Assembly (NCBI GenBank): GCA_963818475.1
Contig: CAWFSF010000006.1
Location: forward strand, 1,248,001 to 1,312,000
DNA from: Nitrospirota bacterium
GTDB lineage: Bacteria; Nitrospirota; UBA9217
DNA length: 64,000 nucleotides
Direction: 5' to 3'
Shown here: in pieces, positions 56,346-64,000 of the stretch
How positions within the stretch are numbered: position 1 is the stretch's first letter
How the letters are laid out: each line of letters begins with the position of its first letter
Notes under the pieces: model-generated
What the model was told of the DNA's origin: nothing
Seen by the model: only the letters and a program-made list of their open reading frames with translations
Databases searched by the model: none
Translations under genes and position numbers: made by a program

Positions 56346-57002
56346 TTAAGCCAGATATTCCGTCTCAAAAGCCAGTGCATTCCGGTAGACATCGTACCAT
56401 TCTGTATCCCTGATCTCGTACTTCCTGAATATCCCCCAGCAAAACAGGTCTACTGCCTGCAGTCCGGTGTTTTCGTGTGAAAACTCGTGATAGATATTCA
56501 AAGGGACATTCAGCGGTAGCAGCGCCTCTAGTTGATTGGCCACATACTGATTAAAATCGCGAATTTCCTCCTGATCCTTGCATCGATCAGTCACGAGGGT
56601 CACAGCGGGACTTGCATGCCTCAAATCGATCTTCTCAAGAATAAAGCGTGCCAGGAAGTTGTAAAGTTTCTTTTTCGTTCCCGACAACTTGAGGTTATCG
56701 TTTACGCGTTGTTTGTTCAAAATGACTGTATAAATTTTCCATTCTCCGCTGGTAACGTTCCGATAGAAGTATTTCTTTACCGCCAGTGACGTTTTCGCTC
56801 CCTTCAGCTCTGCAATCGATTTGGAACGGCTGCTATTCTTCCGCTGCAGTTTGTTCTTGAGGGTACGCCTGACGGCCTTCCGGAACATATCTGCAGCGAC
56901 CTTATCGTCGCAGACGAGCAAGGTTATGACGAACTTCTTCGATGTCTTTCTCTTATTGAAATCAAAGCCGAGATCACCGGACTCATCGAGGTAGATAATC
57001 AA
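56346..57002 (-). CDS. DUF3800 domain protein
   Basis: N-terminal YLDESG, ELK, C-terminal GLQAVDLFCW. TTG start with GGGGAG RBS. Confidence 0.85.
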   Translation of the reverse strand: MIIYLDESGDLGFDFNKRKTSKKFVITLLVCDDKVAADMFRKAVRRTLKNKLQRKNSSRSKSIAELKGAKTSLAVKKYFYRNVTSGEWKIYTVILNKQRVNDNLKLSGTKKKLYNFLARFILEKIDLRHASPAVTLVTDRCKDQEEIRDFNQYVANQLEALLPLNVPLNIYHEFSHENTGLQAVDLFCWGIFRKYEIRDTEWYDVYRNALAFETEYLA

Positions 57003-57377
57003 TCAACGACTCCCCCGCTTTTGGAGATGATGGTAAAAAAAACCTTTTCTCAGGCTTTCGAGCATGTGGCGGTAGTGGTCGAACAGATCGTCGCCGTCCT
57101 TCTTTAAGAGCGTGGGCCAGTGGAGCACATTTAAATGGAGCCAAAGGCTCTTATTATCAGACGACATCCCGCAGTCCCGTTTCTGAGGGACGGCAGCGGG
57201 GTTGTACTTCGCAGGAACGGCACTCGGCTGATTGTACGGCGGCTTGGTTCGCTCGTCGGCCATCTTGAGAAACAGCAGGTACGTGAGCTGTTCCACGTAA
57301 TCGCCGTAGCTCATACCATCGTCCCGGAGGACGTTGCAGTAGTTCCAGAGTTTTGAGACAATTGCGGCAGGAGTCAT
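57003..57377 (-). pseudogene. hsdM: Truncated duplicate of the hsdM 5' end
   Basis: Same protein sequence as hsdM up to ..HMLESL, with synonymous differences and an 81-nt insertion, then diverges and stops. Confidence 0.88.
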
Positions 57378-57436
57378 TAAGAAATTGCCTTTCGGAAGTA
57401 GTTGTAAAAATGTGTAATGTGATCCGAATCAAAGAA

Positions 57437-60400
57437 TTAGAATCTTCTTTCCTCTTCTATTTCTGCTGCAACGATGCTTTTAGTGAGGTCCTCGATATAC
57501 ATATTCAGCCACGTCTGGATATTATTCGACTTTATTTCTGTCACCCAACTTCTCGCTTTATCCCGTTTGCGCATCAAATATGCGCTTCTAGGCCCGCTCC
57601 AACCACCTGTTGAAAAGTGCATTACCAGAGTGTCCGCAACATACTCATCATCGCCATAGGAATCAATGTATAGTCGGGTCAGAATTCCACCATCTTCAGT
57701 ATCTAGGGTTTTCGGCAAACAATTTCTAATAAAGCTAACACGCTCTTCAGGTTGTTTTGCAACCCATGCCATGACGACTTCTGGATCATAAAAGCGTATT
57801 GCACCCCCCTTATATTCGTCTCCAAAACTGAAACCTTCTGAGAGCCAGCTAAGTACGTAGTATCCGTTTTCATCATCATTTTCCAAGTATTTTGTTACAA
57901 TCTCCCAAGCCTCTGCTGGATGTACTCTTGCGATCTGATCGGCAATCTGACTCGGATAACTCATCTCACGCAGACCCGAGAGGTTATGCATATTCGCTAA
58001 TATTATGGAAAACAACTCCATATCGCGTGCAGGATATTTATCTATAAAATCTTTCGCAATGTTATGCCAATGGTAGCCTATCATAGTGTCTGAGTCTTTT
58101 TTAAAGATCTCATTGGCTATAAGCAGCCGAAAAAATAGTTGTTCCGGATAATGTCGTTTTAATTTGTTTTGAATGAAGTAATGGTCTGCCAACTCTATGG
58201 CGAGAGGAAATGAATTGTCGTCTGGTTGATCCACGAGTAAAGATAGGACACGTTCTACAGTTTCCTGTGACACGTTGTCATCGTCTGCAAATAGACCTAG
58301 CCTACCGAATGCATTTGAAGATACCTTTCCGTTCCTATAGAGTTTTATCAACTCTTGAATTATCTGTTCCGATATCCCTGAGCGGACTATAACTTCAACG
58401 CCGACCAATTTAAGATGATCTGATCTCAATAGACCAATGACTGTCTCTTCCCATGCAACATGAGCAACTTGCTTTACTCCAGATAAATATCCTCCGATAA
58501 ACTGAGTCTGAATTATCGGCAATGCTGCCTCTTGCGCGACTACCACTTGATGATCAACAAATCTATCTTTTATTGCCAGAGCAAGTTCTTGCCCAAACAG
58601 GTATAGTCGGTGGCCGGCAGATTCAACAATACGAGGCAATTGTTCCTTAAAAAGCTGCGGATTGTTGGCAAGTTCATTAACAAGCTCCGAAACTCTTTTC
58701 TTCGGATTGGGGCTCTCACTGACTTTTTCACCTTTCAATACGTACTGTTCATCCCAATTTGTCAGCAAAACAAAGCGGGTAAAACGATCCCAAAAAGACT
58801 CACCAGTCAATAGCCTGTCGAGTTCGCCGAGCTTAGCCAAAATGCTCTTAGGAAGTTTTTCATGCCTGAACATGAGTTTTCGAATGACAAATTGTACTAA
58901 TTCAGCTTTGTTGGTAGCTGTATCCTTTGCTATCTCAAAAAGAGTCATCATAATTTGTTCTGCAAGGGACGGAATACGAAGCAGACCCGATGCTGATTTA
59001 ATTATCGTTGAATGAGCTTTGAACCTTTCCGCTTCATCCCAGCCCCTCGTTTCTTGCCACAGATAAACCCAAACCTTCCGCCAGTAATCATAGATTTCAC
59101 CATAGGTCTTTGGCCGCCAAAATGTTACTGTCGGTCGCAGCCCTTGATACTCAGCGCCAATAATGCGCATCCCACCGTAAGTGCTCAACCACTGTTCACA
59201 AAGTTCTAGGCCCAACTCTCTCATTGCTGAATCCTTACTAAGCAGCAATTCTTCTATCACTGGTAACCGTTGCTCGGGAAGGGCTTCGGTCGGTGCCCAG
59301 CCTAGCCCGATCATAAACAAGCTAAACAAAGTCCCTTTTGAGTTATTAGAGTTTTTTGCATTTTCAGCAAGTGCCATGCGTGCCAAGAGTCTTGCTGCGC
59401 GAGGAAATGTTTCTTTCCAAACTGCGATCTTTTCGAGCGCCCATACGATATTCTGTCGCCCTGTCTCCCAACTGCGCAGCTTGTCGATTGACCATTTGCC
59501 ATAGGTCGCTTCAAGAAGAGCAAGCGTCTCGGAGGGATCTGCTTCGGCGAGGTAGCTAAGAAACCGCGTCCCAGCCTCGGATTCAAGAAAACTGGGCTCA
59601 GAAAAAGGTCCCTTTGTCGGTGCAAGTATCTCCTTAACAATATGGCTAGCAACGGGGGCGGCATGTGCGTAAATGAAAAGCTCTAAAAACCATCTTCTTA
59701 ACTGAGAAGGAACCTTGGAGAAAAACTCCTGGAATTTGAACCCTCGTCCGTAGTGTTCCCAATAACCTAGCCAGAGGTATACATGTAAAGCTTTCGGAAC
59801 GATAAAGAAAGTTCTCTTCCCTTGAAGAATACGACGTCCTCTGTGGTGGCGAACGATTGATTGAAATCTTGCCCACGTTATGGACGGGTCTGCTTCCTTA
59901 ACTAAAGCGCTGATAAACCTTGCCTCATCGTCCACCGGAGATTCGAAGCCAAATCTTTGAAAGAGAGCGATATGTCGAAGAACTAACAAATGCTGTTCAG
60001 CGTCTTTGGTTTCTCTAATCTTGTGTCCGAGTACAAATCGGTCCCAGATAGGAACGGTAGCTGGTGGCTTAAGGATATCATCTGGATTGCGTTTTAGGTT
60101 ATCTCCGACAGCATGCGCGACTCTCGGCGAACCACTGCACCATTTTGCCCAATTAGATACATCATTCCTGTCTCCTATATATTCCGCAATGATTTTTCCA
60201 ATTTGTTCATCCGGCAGTATAGGGCATTCAATAACCTTCATAGAGCTGTCTGAACTGGATTCCGGACCGTGATCAATCGTGATTAGTTTGATATTCGGTT
60301 TACCCTTTATGGCGTGCCAAATAGAGGCCCTGTCCCTTTCCGCACAATCGTCAATAACTAACTGCGCATAATATCGTCGATCAGGCCGGAGAAGCTCATT

Positions 60401-61213
60401 GAACAACTGACTCTTTTGAAAATCTTCGGCGAGAGGAACATATATCGTTGCTGAAGATAGTTCATCTGCGGACATAGCTTCTAGGACCAATCTCGTCTTT
60501 CCGATTCCTGGTTCGCCTATAACACGAATGTGCTGAAACTCAGCGCCTCGTACTGTTGACCGAATGTCCTCAACGAAGCCTTTCTGCGAATCTGCAAGCT
60601 GAAGACCTAAGCTCATGTCCTCATTCATTTTCCATCCATCTACAGTCTGAAAGGCAAAATCAGCCCGGTCAAGCAATTCAAGGCAAAGAGAGGGGTAACT
60701 GGAAAATAAACCTACCAGCTGTCCTTGGCCGATAACCTCTACTGTTGGACTAGAATAACCACAAGTGCGAAAAAGCTCTTCAATGGTTTGACGAGTGTTA
60801 CTGTGTTGTAAGGGAGTTAAATCATAGCCAAACGTTACCAAAACGTAACGTCCTTTTTTATCAAGGCAAGTTTTTACTGCTTTGCCTAATAACTCCCTGG
60901 TAGGTTTCGCCCGTGCCATCCCAATCAACTCCTTTTTGAGACTACTAATCTGCCAAGGTTTGAAGCCCTTTCCTGTTTTAATTTGATAATAACTGTTTCC
61001 ACTAATTAATAGAGAGTCGGCACTTGTTACCCCTTCTATTTTTGCGTCGATACCCCCGTCGCTAACATTTGTATCAAGGCTAACTACAACTTTATGCGAT
61101 GGGAGGCTACCCCTCCTTGCTTCGCACCACAGCAGGTTTCTGAACCGCCTTACAGCTGTGACGGAATCCATCGTCTCTAGGACTTTATGACTTAATGTAA
61201 ATATCGTTTCCAT
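57437..61213 (-). CDS. 1258-aa protein: PD-(D/E)XK-like N-terminus, STAND-like P-loop ATPase, helical C-terminus
   Basis: SDGGIDA..YYQIKTG, Walker A GEPGIGKT, Walker B LVIDD, long alpha-helical tail. Lower GC than core genes. Confidence 0.75.
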   Translation of the reverse strand: METIFTLSHKVLETMDSVTAVRRFRNLLWCEARRGSLPSHKVVVSLDTNVSDGGIDAKIEGVTSADSLLISGNSYYQIKTGKGFKPWQISSLKKELIGMARAKPTRELLGKAVKTCLDKKGRYVLVTFGYDLTPLQHSNTRQTIEELFRTCGYSSPTVEVIGQGQLVGLFSSYPSLCLELLDRADFAFQTVDGWKMNEDMSLGLQLADSQKGFVEDIRSTVRGAEFQHIRVIGEPGIGKTRLVLEAMSADELSSATIYVPLAEDFQKSQLFNELLRPDRRYYAQLVIDDCAERDRASIWHAIKGKPNIKLITIDHGPESSSDSSMKVIECPILPDEQIGKIIAEYIGDRNDVSNWAKWCSGSPRVAHAVGDNLKRNPDDILKPPATVPIWDRFVLGHKIRETKDAEQHLLVLRHIALFQRFGFESPVDDEARFISALVKEADPSITWARFQSIVRHHRGRRILQGKRTFFIVPKALHVYLWLGYWEHYGRGFKFQEFFSKVPSQLRRWFLELFIYAHAAPVASHIVKEILAPTKGPFSEPSFLESEAGTRFLSYLAEADPSETLALLEATYGKWSIDKLRSWETGRQNIVWALEKIAVWKETFPRAARLLARMALAENAKNSNNSKGTLFSLFMIGLGWAPTEALPEQRLPVIEELLLSKDSAMRELGLELCEQWLSTYGGMRIIGAEYQGLRPTVTFWRPKTYGEIYDYWRKVWVYLWQETRGWDEAERFKAHSTIIKSASGLLRIPSLAEQIMMTLFEIAKDTATNKAELVQFVIRKLMFRHEKLPKSILAKLGELDRLLTGESFWDRFTRFVLLTNWDEQYVLKGEKVSESPNPKKRVSELVNELANNPQLFKEQLPRIVESAGHRLYLFGQELALAIKDRFVDHQVVVAQEAALPIIQTQFIGGYLSGVKQVAHVAWEETVIGLLRSDHLKLVGVEVIVRSGISEQIIQELIKLYRNGKVSSNAFGRLGLFADDDNVSQETVERVLSLLVDQPDDNSFPLAIELADHYFIQNKLKRHYPEQLFFRLLIANEIFKKDSDTMIGYHWHNIAKDFIDKYPARDMELFSIILANMHNLSGLREMSYPSQIADQIARVHPAEAWEIVTKYLENDDENGYYVLSWLSEGFSFGDEYKGGAIRFYDPEVVMAWVAKQPEERVSFIRNCLPKTLDTEDGGILTRLYIDSYGDDEYVADTLVMHFSTGGWSGPRSAYLMRKRDKARSWVTEIKSNNIQTWLNMYIEDLTKSIVAAEIEEERRF

Positions 61214-61249
61214 TTAAATTTCCAAGTACACGTTTAAAGCAGCTGACAG

Positions 61250-62647
61250 CTAATGCATAAGTTGACCAGAAAAAGCTTCCATCAGTACTGCTTGCCGTAG
61301 ACGCTCGGCACGCTGGAGGTTAATGTCGACTTGCGCCTCCGCTTCGCCCACAATGGAGAGGCGGCGTTCGACTTCGGCGACGATGCGGAATTGTTCGGCG
61401 ACCGGTGGAAGCGGAACCGGGAAAACACTCAATTTCGTAAGGTTGATGGACGCAAGGTTTGTCGTCTGTTTACCTTCTCGCAAAAAGTAGTTCTTACCGA
61501 AAGAGTTACCCCACCAGGACACGAACTTAGGTGCAACTTCACTCAAGAAAAGCCTCGCTCTAAACACGTGATTTTGGTGAATACAATCTTTCATCTGGCC
61601 TTCCCAGATCCAACCTCTGCCGAGTTTGTCACGATCTCCTCCTTCATTGAAGAGAATATCGCCGGGCTGCAAGCGGAGCTCTTTTATATCCGCCTCTGGC
61701 GCCTCGATGAACTTCATTTCAGAAAGATCGAGATAACCCCGCTGAACATTCGCTACGCGAAGGTATGGAACGGATCGAGCAGTTTGGTCTTTACGCTTGC
61801 TATCAACCGTAATTCCGCCTTTAAGTGCAGCAACGACGTCGAGTCTAGTCCAGCACCATCCCTCTGGCAATTCAGGCAGATCAGTCGAATTAGGCGCGAT
61901 GGGTTCCTTGTACTTGCCTTTGCCGTTCCATTGACTGCGGCGGGTTGCGAGGATACGATGCAGGAGTTGATTGCCGGATTCGTAGTTGCGACCTTCGCTG
62001 CGGGCGAGTTTGGCTTCGGTTTCGACGAGGCGACCTTCGACCGCGGCTTTGAGGACAGCGGCTTTATATCGTTTAAGGTTCGCCTTGACGCGTTTGAGAT
62101 TGGCGACCGCTTCGTCCAGACGGGAGAATTGCTTTTCGATCTCCGCGACGATAAGTTTCTGATCATTCAATGGTGCAATAGGAATCGGTAATTGTTTTGC
62201 TTTTGCACCTGATAGTTCAAGAAACGTTGTACCACTCGCCATACTTTCAGCAAGTTCTTTGTTTCCTTTTAACCACCAATAGACATAATCGGGCAGTATA
62301 TCGCCGTTTTTCAGAACGAAACTCTTGAAACCCTGATTTGTACAAACTGAATTTGATGCGATCGCGACGTAGCCAACTGGAGCACGTGACGAAAACAATA
62401 TCGTTCCTGCTGGCATCATCCGTGCCGAGGAATCTTTCAAACCCTTCTCGGTAATAAACCTTTCACCATGACCTATATATTTTGATGAATAGCCCGAAAG
62501 ATCCGCCGGTGTAATCCAAGGAATCTTGCCGCCGTCATAATTCGAGGGGTCATTAGTTTTGGGCGTACCGCCACCGATGACATCCGCAATATCATCCATC
62601 GTCGTCCACGACCAGCTACCTGGTATTTTATATAGTCTGTCTGCCAA
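61250..62647 (-). CDS. hsdS: Type I R-M specificity subunit
   Basis: GGTP..IPWITPADL, SSRAPVGY, TNQGF, conserved P.APL.DQ..IV.EIE and PLPPVAEQ.RIV..AFSGQL spacers. Confidence 0.93.
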   Translation of the reverse strand: MADRLYKIPGSWSWTTMDDIADVIGGGTPKTNDPSNYDGGKIPWITPADLSGYSSKYIGHGERFITEKGLKDSSARMMPAGTILFSSRAPVGYVAIASNSVCTNQGFKSFVLKNGDILPDYVYWWLKGNKELAESMASGTTFLELSGAKAKQLPIPIAPLNDQKLIVAEIEKQFSRLDEAVANLKRVKANLKRYKAAVLKAAVEGRLVETEAKLARSEGRNYESGNQLLHRILATRRSQWNGKGKYKEPIAPNSTDLPELPEGWCWTRLDVVAALKGGITVDSKRKDQTARSVPYLRVANVQRGYLDLSEMKFIEAPEADIKELRLQPGDILFNEGGDRDKLGRGWIWEGQMKDCIHQNHVFRARLFLSEVAPKFVSWWGNSFGKNYFLREGKQTTNLASINLTKLSVFPVPLPPVAEQFRIVAEVERRLSIVGEAEAQVDINLQRAERLRQAVLMEAFSGQLMH

Positions 62648-62670
62648 TTTGCCTTCACTCTAACATAAAA

Positions 62671-63402
62671 TTATTCGAGGGTCTTGAGCAGTTCATAGTA
62701 ATCGACTCCGACAGTGCGGCCTGCCATCTCATTTATGCTCTTCATTGTGTTCCTGAATTCATTTATAAATTGGTTATAAACCTCTCTTCGCAAATTCCAG
62801 TCTTGCCTGATCCGCATCGCATTTGCGTCAGGAACGTTCCCTTGCCCCAAATTATCTTCTATACGTCTGTGAAAATTAATACAGAACCGATGATGCTGAC
62901 TTATGATATGGCTTAGTGCCCAGGCGATTAATTCAAAATCCTTAAACTGTGCGACATTCAGGTGGTTTTCATTTGATCTGAACCACAATCTCAGGGTCGA
63001 GAAGTGTTCCATGTCAATTCCCGTAATAATATTGCTTCTGGACAGCTCATCTAGCAAGCGCAGAAAGTTGTCGCTCCGATTATCGAGCATCCTGGCAAAC
63101 TCGATTGCTGATTTTTTGAGCAAAGGAAAAAAGTGTTTGGCAAGTCGTCTGTTATTATATTTCTCAGCAATAACATTCCCAAAACCAGACAATGGTTTTC
63201 TTATTAAGGTCAGAAATAGAGAGGCAAAATATACGATGATTAAGGCAATCGTCCACTTATCTGACAGGAAGCCCTTAACAGATAAAAATGTAACAGCCGC
63301 AATGAGTACAGTACCGAGAGGTAACAAAAATTTTATCAAGAAATGATCTGAAAAAAGGTTCTTCTTTTCCTCTTCCTTATGATATAAGTCGAAAACTGAC
63401 AT
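62671..63402 (-). CDS. Hypothetical membrane protein (two N-terminal TM helices)
   Basis: AT-rich ORF with AGGAGG RBS before MSVF, two hydrophobic segments, then a helical domain. Confidence 0.7.
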   Translation of the reverse strand: MSVFDLYHKEEEKKNLFSDHFLIKFLLPLGTVLIAAVTFLSVKGFLSDKWTIALIIVYFASLFLTLIRKPLSGFGNVIAEKYNNRRLAKHFFPLLKKSAIEFARMLDNRSDNFLRLLDELSRSNIITGIDMEHFSTLRLWFRSNENHLNVAQFKDFELIAWALSHIISQHHRFCINFHRRIEDNLGQGNVPDANAMRIRQDWNLRREVYNQFINEFRNTMKSINEMAGRTVGVDYYELLKTLE

Positions 63403-63419
63403 TTTATTTTGTCTCCTCC

Positions 63420-64000
63420 TCATGCCGCCAACGCTCCATTCAATTCTTCAAGAATCTTATTCAGATCGCCTCCGAATATCTGATGCACCCTGCCAATTCC
63501 ACCTTCCTGAGCGAATGGCGCAAAATCGAAATCATCTATCTCAATCGCCAGATTCGCAGCAATATGATCGCGGATCATTTCGAGCCAGCGGCGTTGTTCG
63601 GGTGTGAACTTGTCTGCTTACCTGCTCTGCCATCCACTTCTCGAAATTCGCATTCACCCGCTCAGGAAACGGGACAAGTTCATCGTCCCGGTGCATGGCA
63701 AAGCGCACGAGCGATACAAGGTCCGTGAGAATATGCGGGGCGCTTGCGCCTTTGACCTTTGACTTCTCCAACGCTGCATAAGCATTCCAGAGATTATCCA
63801 CTCTCCACTGATGCGGCGGCTTCTCGATGCGGCTTGCAAGGTCTTTGATATCTTCGTACCGCAGCCGCTGCTTATACGGCATGCTGTAGAGCACCTGGAG
63901 CGCGGTGATCTCGTCCTTATGGTCTTTGATGAACTGCTCGAAGGACTGCACCAGGCCTTTTGCCTTTTCCAAAGCCTGCGCGCTGAATCCCGCCTCTATG
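63420..64000 (-). CDS. hsdR: Type I restriction subunit, C-terminal part (EcoEI-R-like), partial and frameshifted
   Basis: HKDEITALQVLY, LWNAYAAL, LTDLVSLVRFA, then FTPEQRRWLEMIRDHIA..ELNGALAA* in the next frame. Confidence 0.85.

Noticed and set aside
56229-56480. 83-aa + strand ORF over the RNA
   Set aside because: Its ATG lies inside the promoter spacer, upstream of the predicted TSS. The ORF runs through the U-tract and antisense into DUF3800.

Overview
This is a GC-rich bacterial chromosome segment. Gene content suggests a Nitrospirota/Desulfobacterota-type anaerobe, which is an inference. Many core genes carry single-base frameshifts that look like long-read errors. Core content: pilR(5' end)-pilS-pilC-pilT-pilB, aroE, DUF512, pgsA, tRNA-Thr(CGT), polA, tamB, glnD, mazG, lpdA-gcvH, rnfCDGEAB, nifU-like, crcB, pcm and surE. 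There are four accessory regions. (1) 9.8-15.3 kb holds a REP-associated Y1 transposase with a family of GTAG-footed REP doublets, one translated in-frame inside a signal peptide, plus a toxin-antitoxin pair and a secreted NHL/PxKF operon preceded by a lux-box-like palindrome. (2) 15.4-19.0 kb holds a sigma54/IHF-type promoter, ComFB, an NHL protein and an OmcE-like multiheme cytochrome with about 12 hemes. (3) 30-42.6 kb holds a CHASE2 adenylate cyclase-SH3-M48-FadL-like OMP-giant Ig lipoprotein-FN3 metalloprotease cluster. (4) 54.6-64 kb holds a type I R-M locus interleaved with a membrane protein, a 1258-aa nuclease-STAND ATPase and a DUF3800 gene. The DUF3800 gene is paired with a convergent ~90-nt structured RNA that has its own consensus sigma70 promoter, and the pair is bracketed by a duplicated hsdM 5' end. 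This DUF3800-RNA cassette is the strongest candidate for an uncharacterised system.
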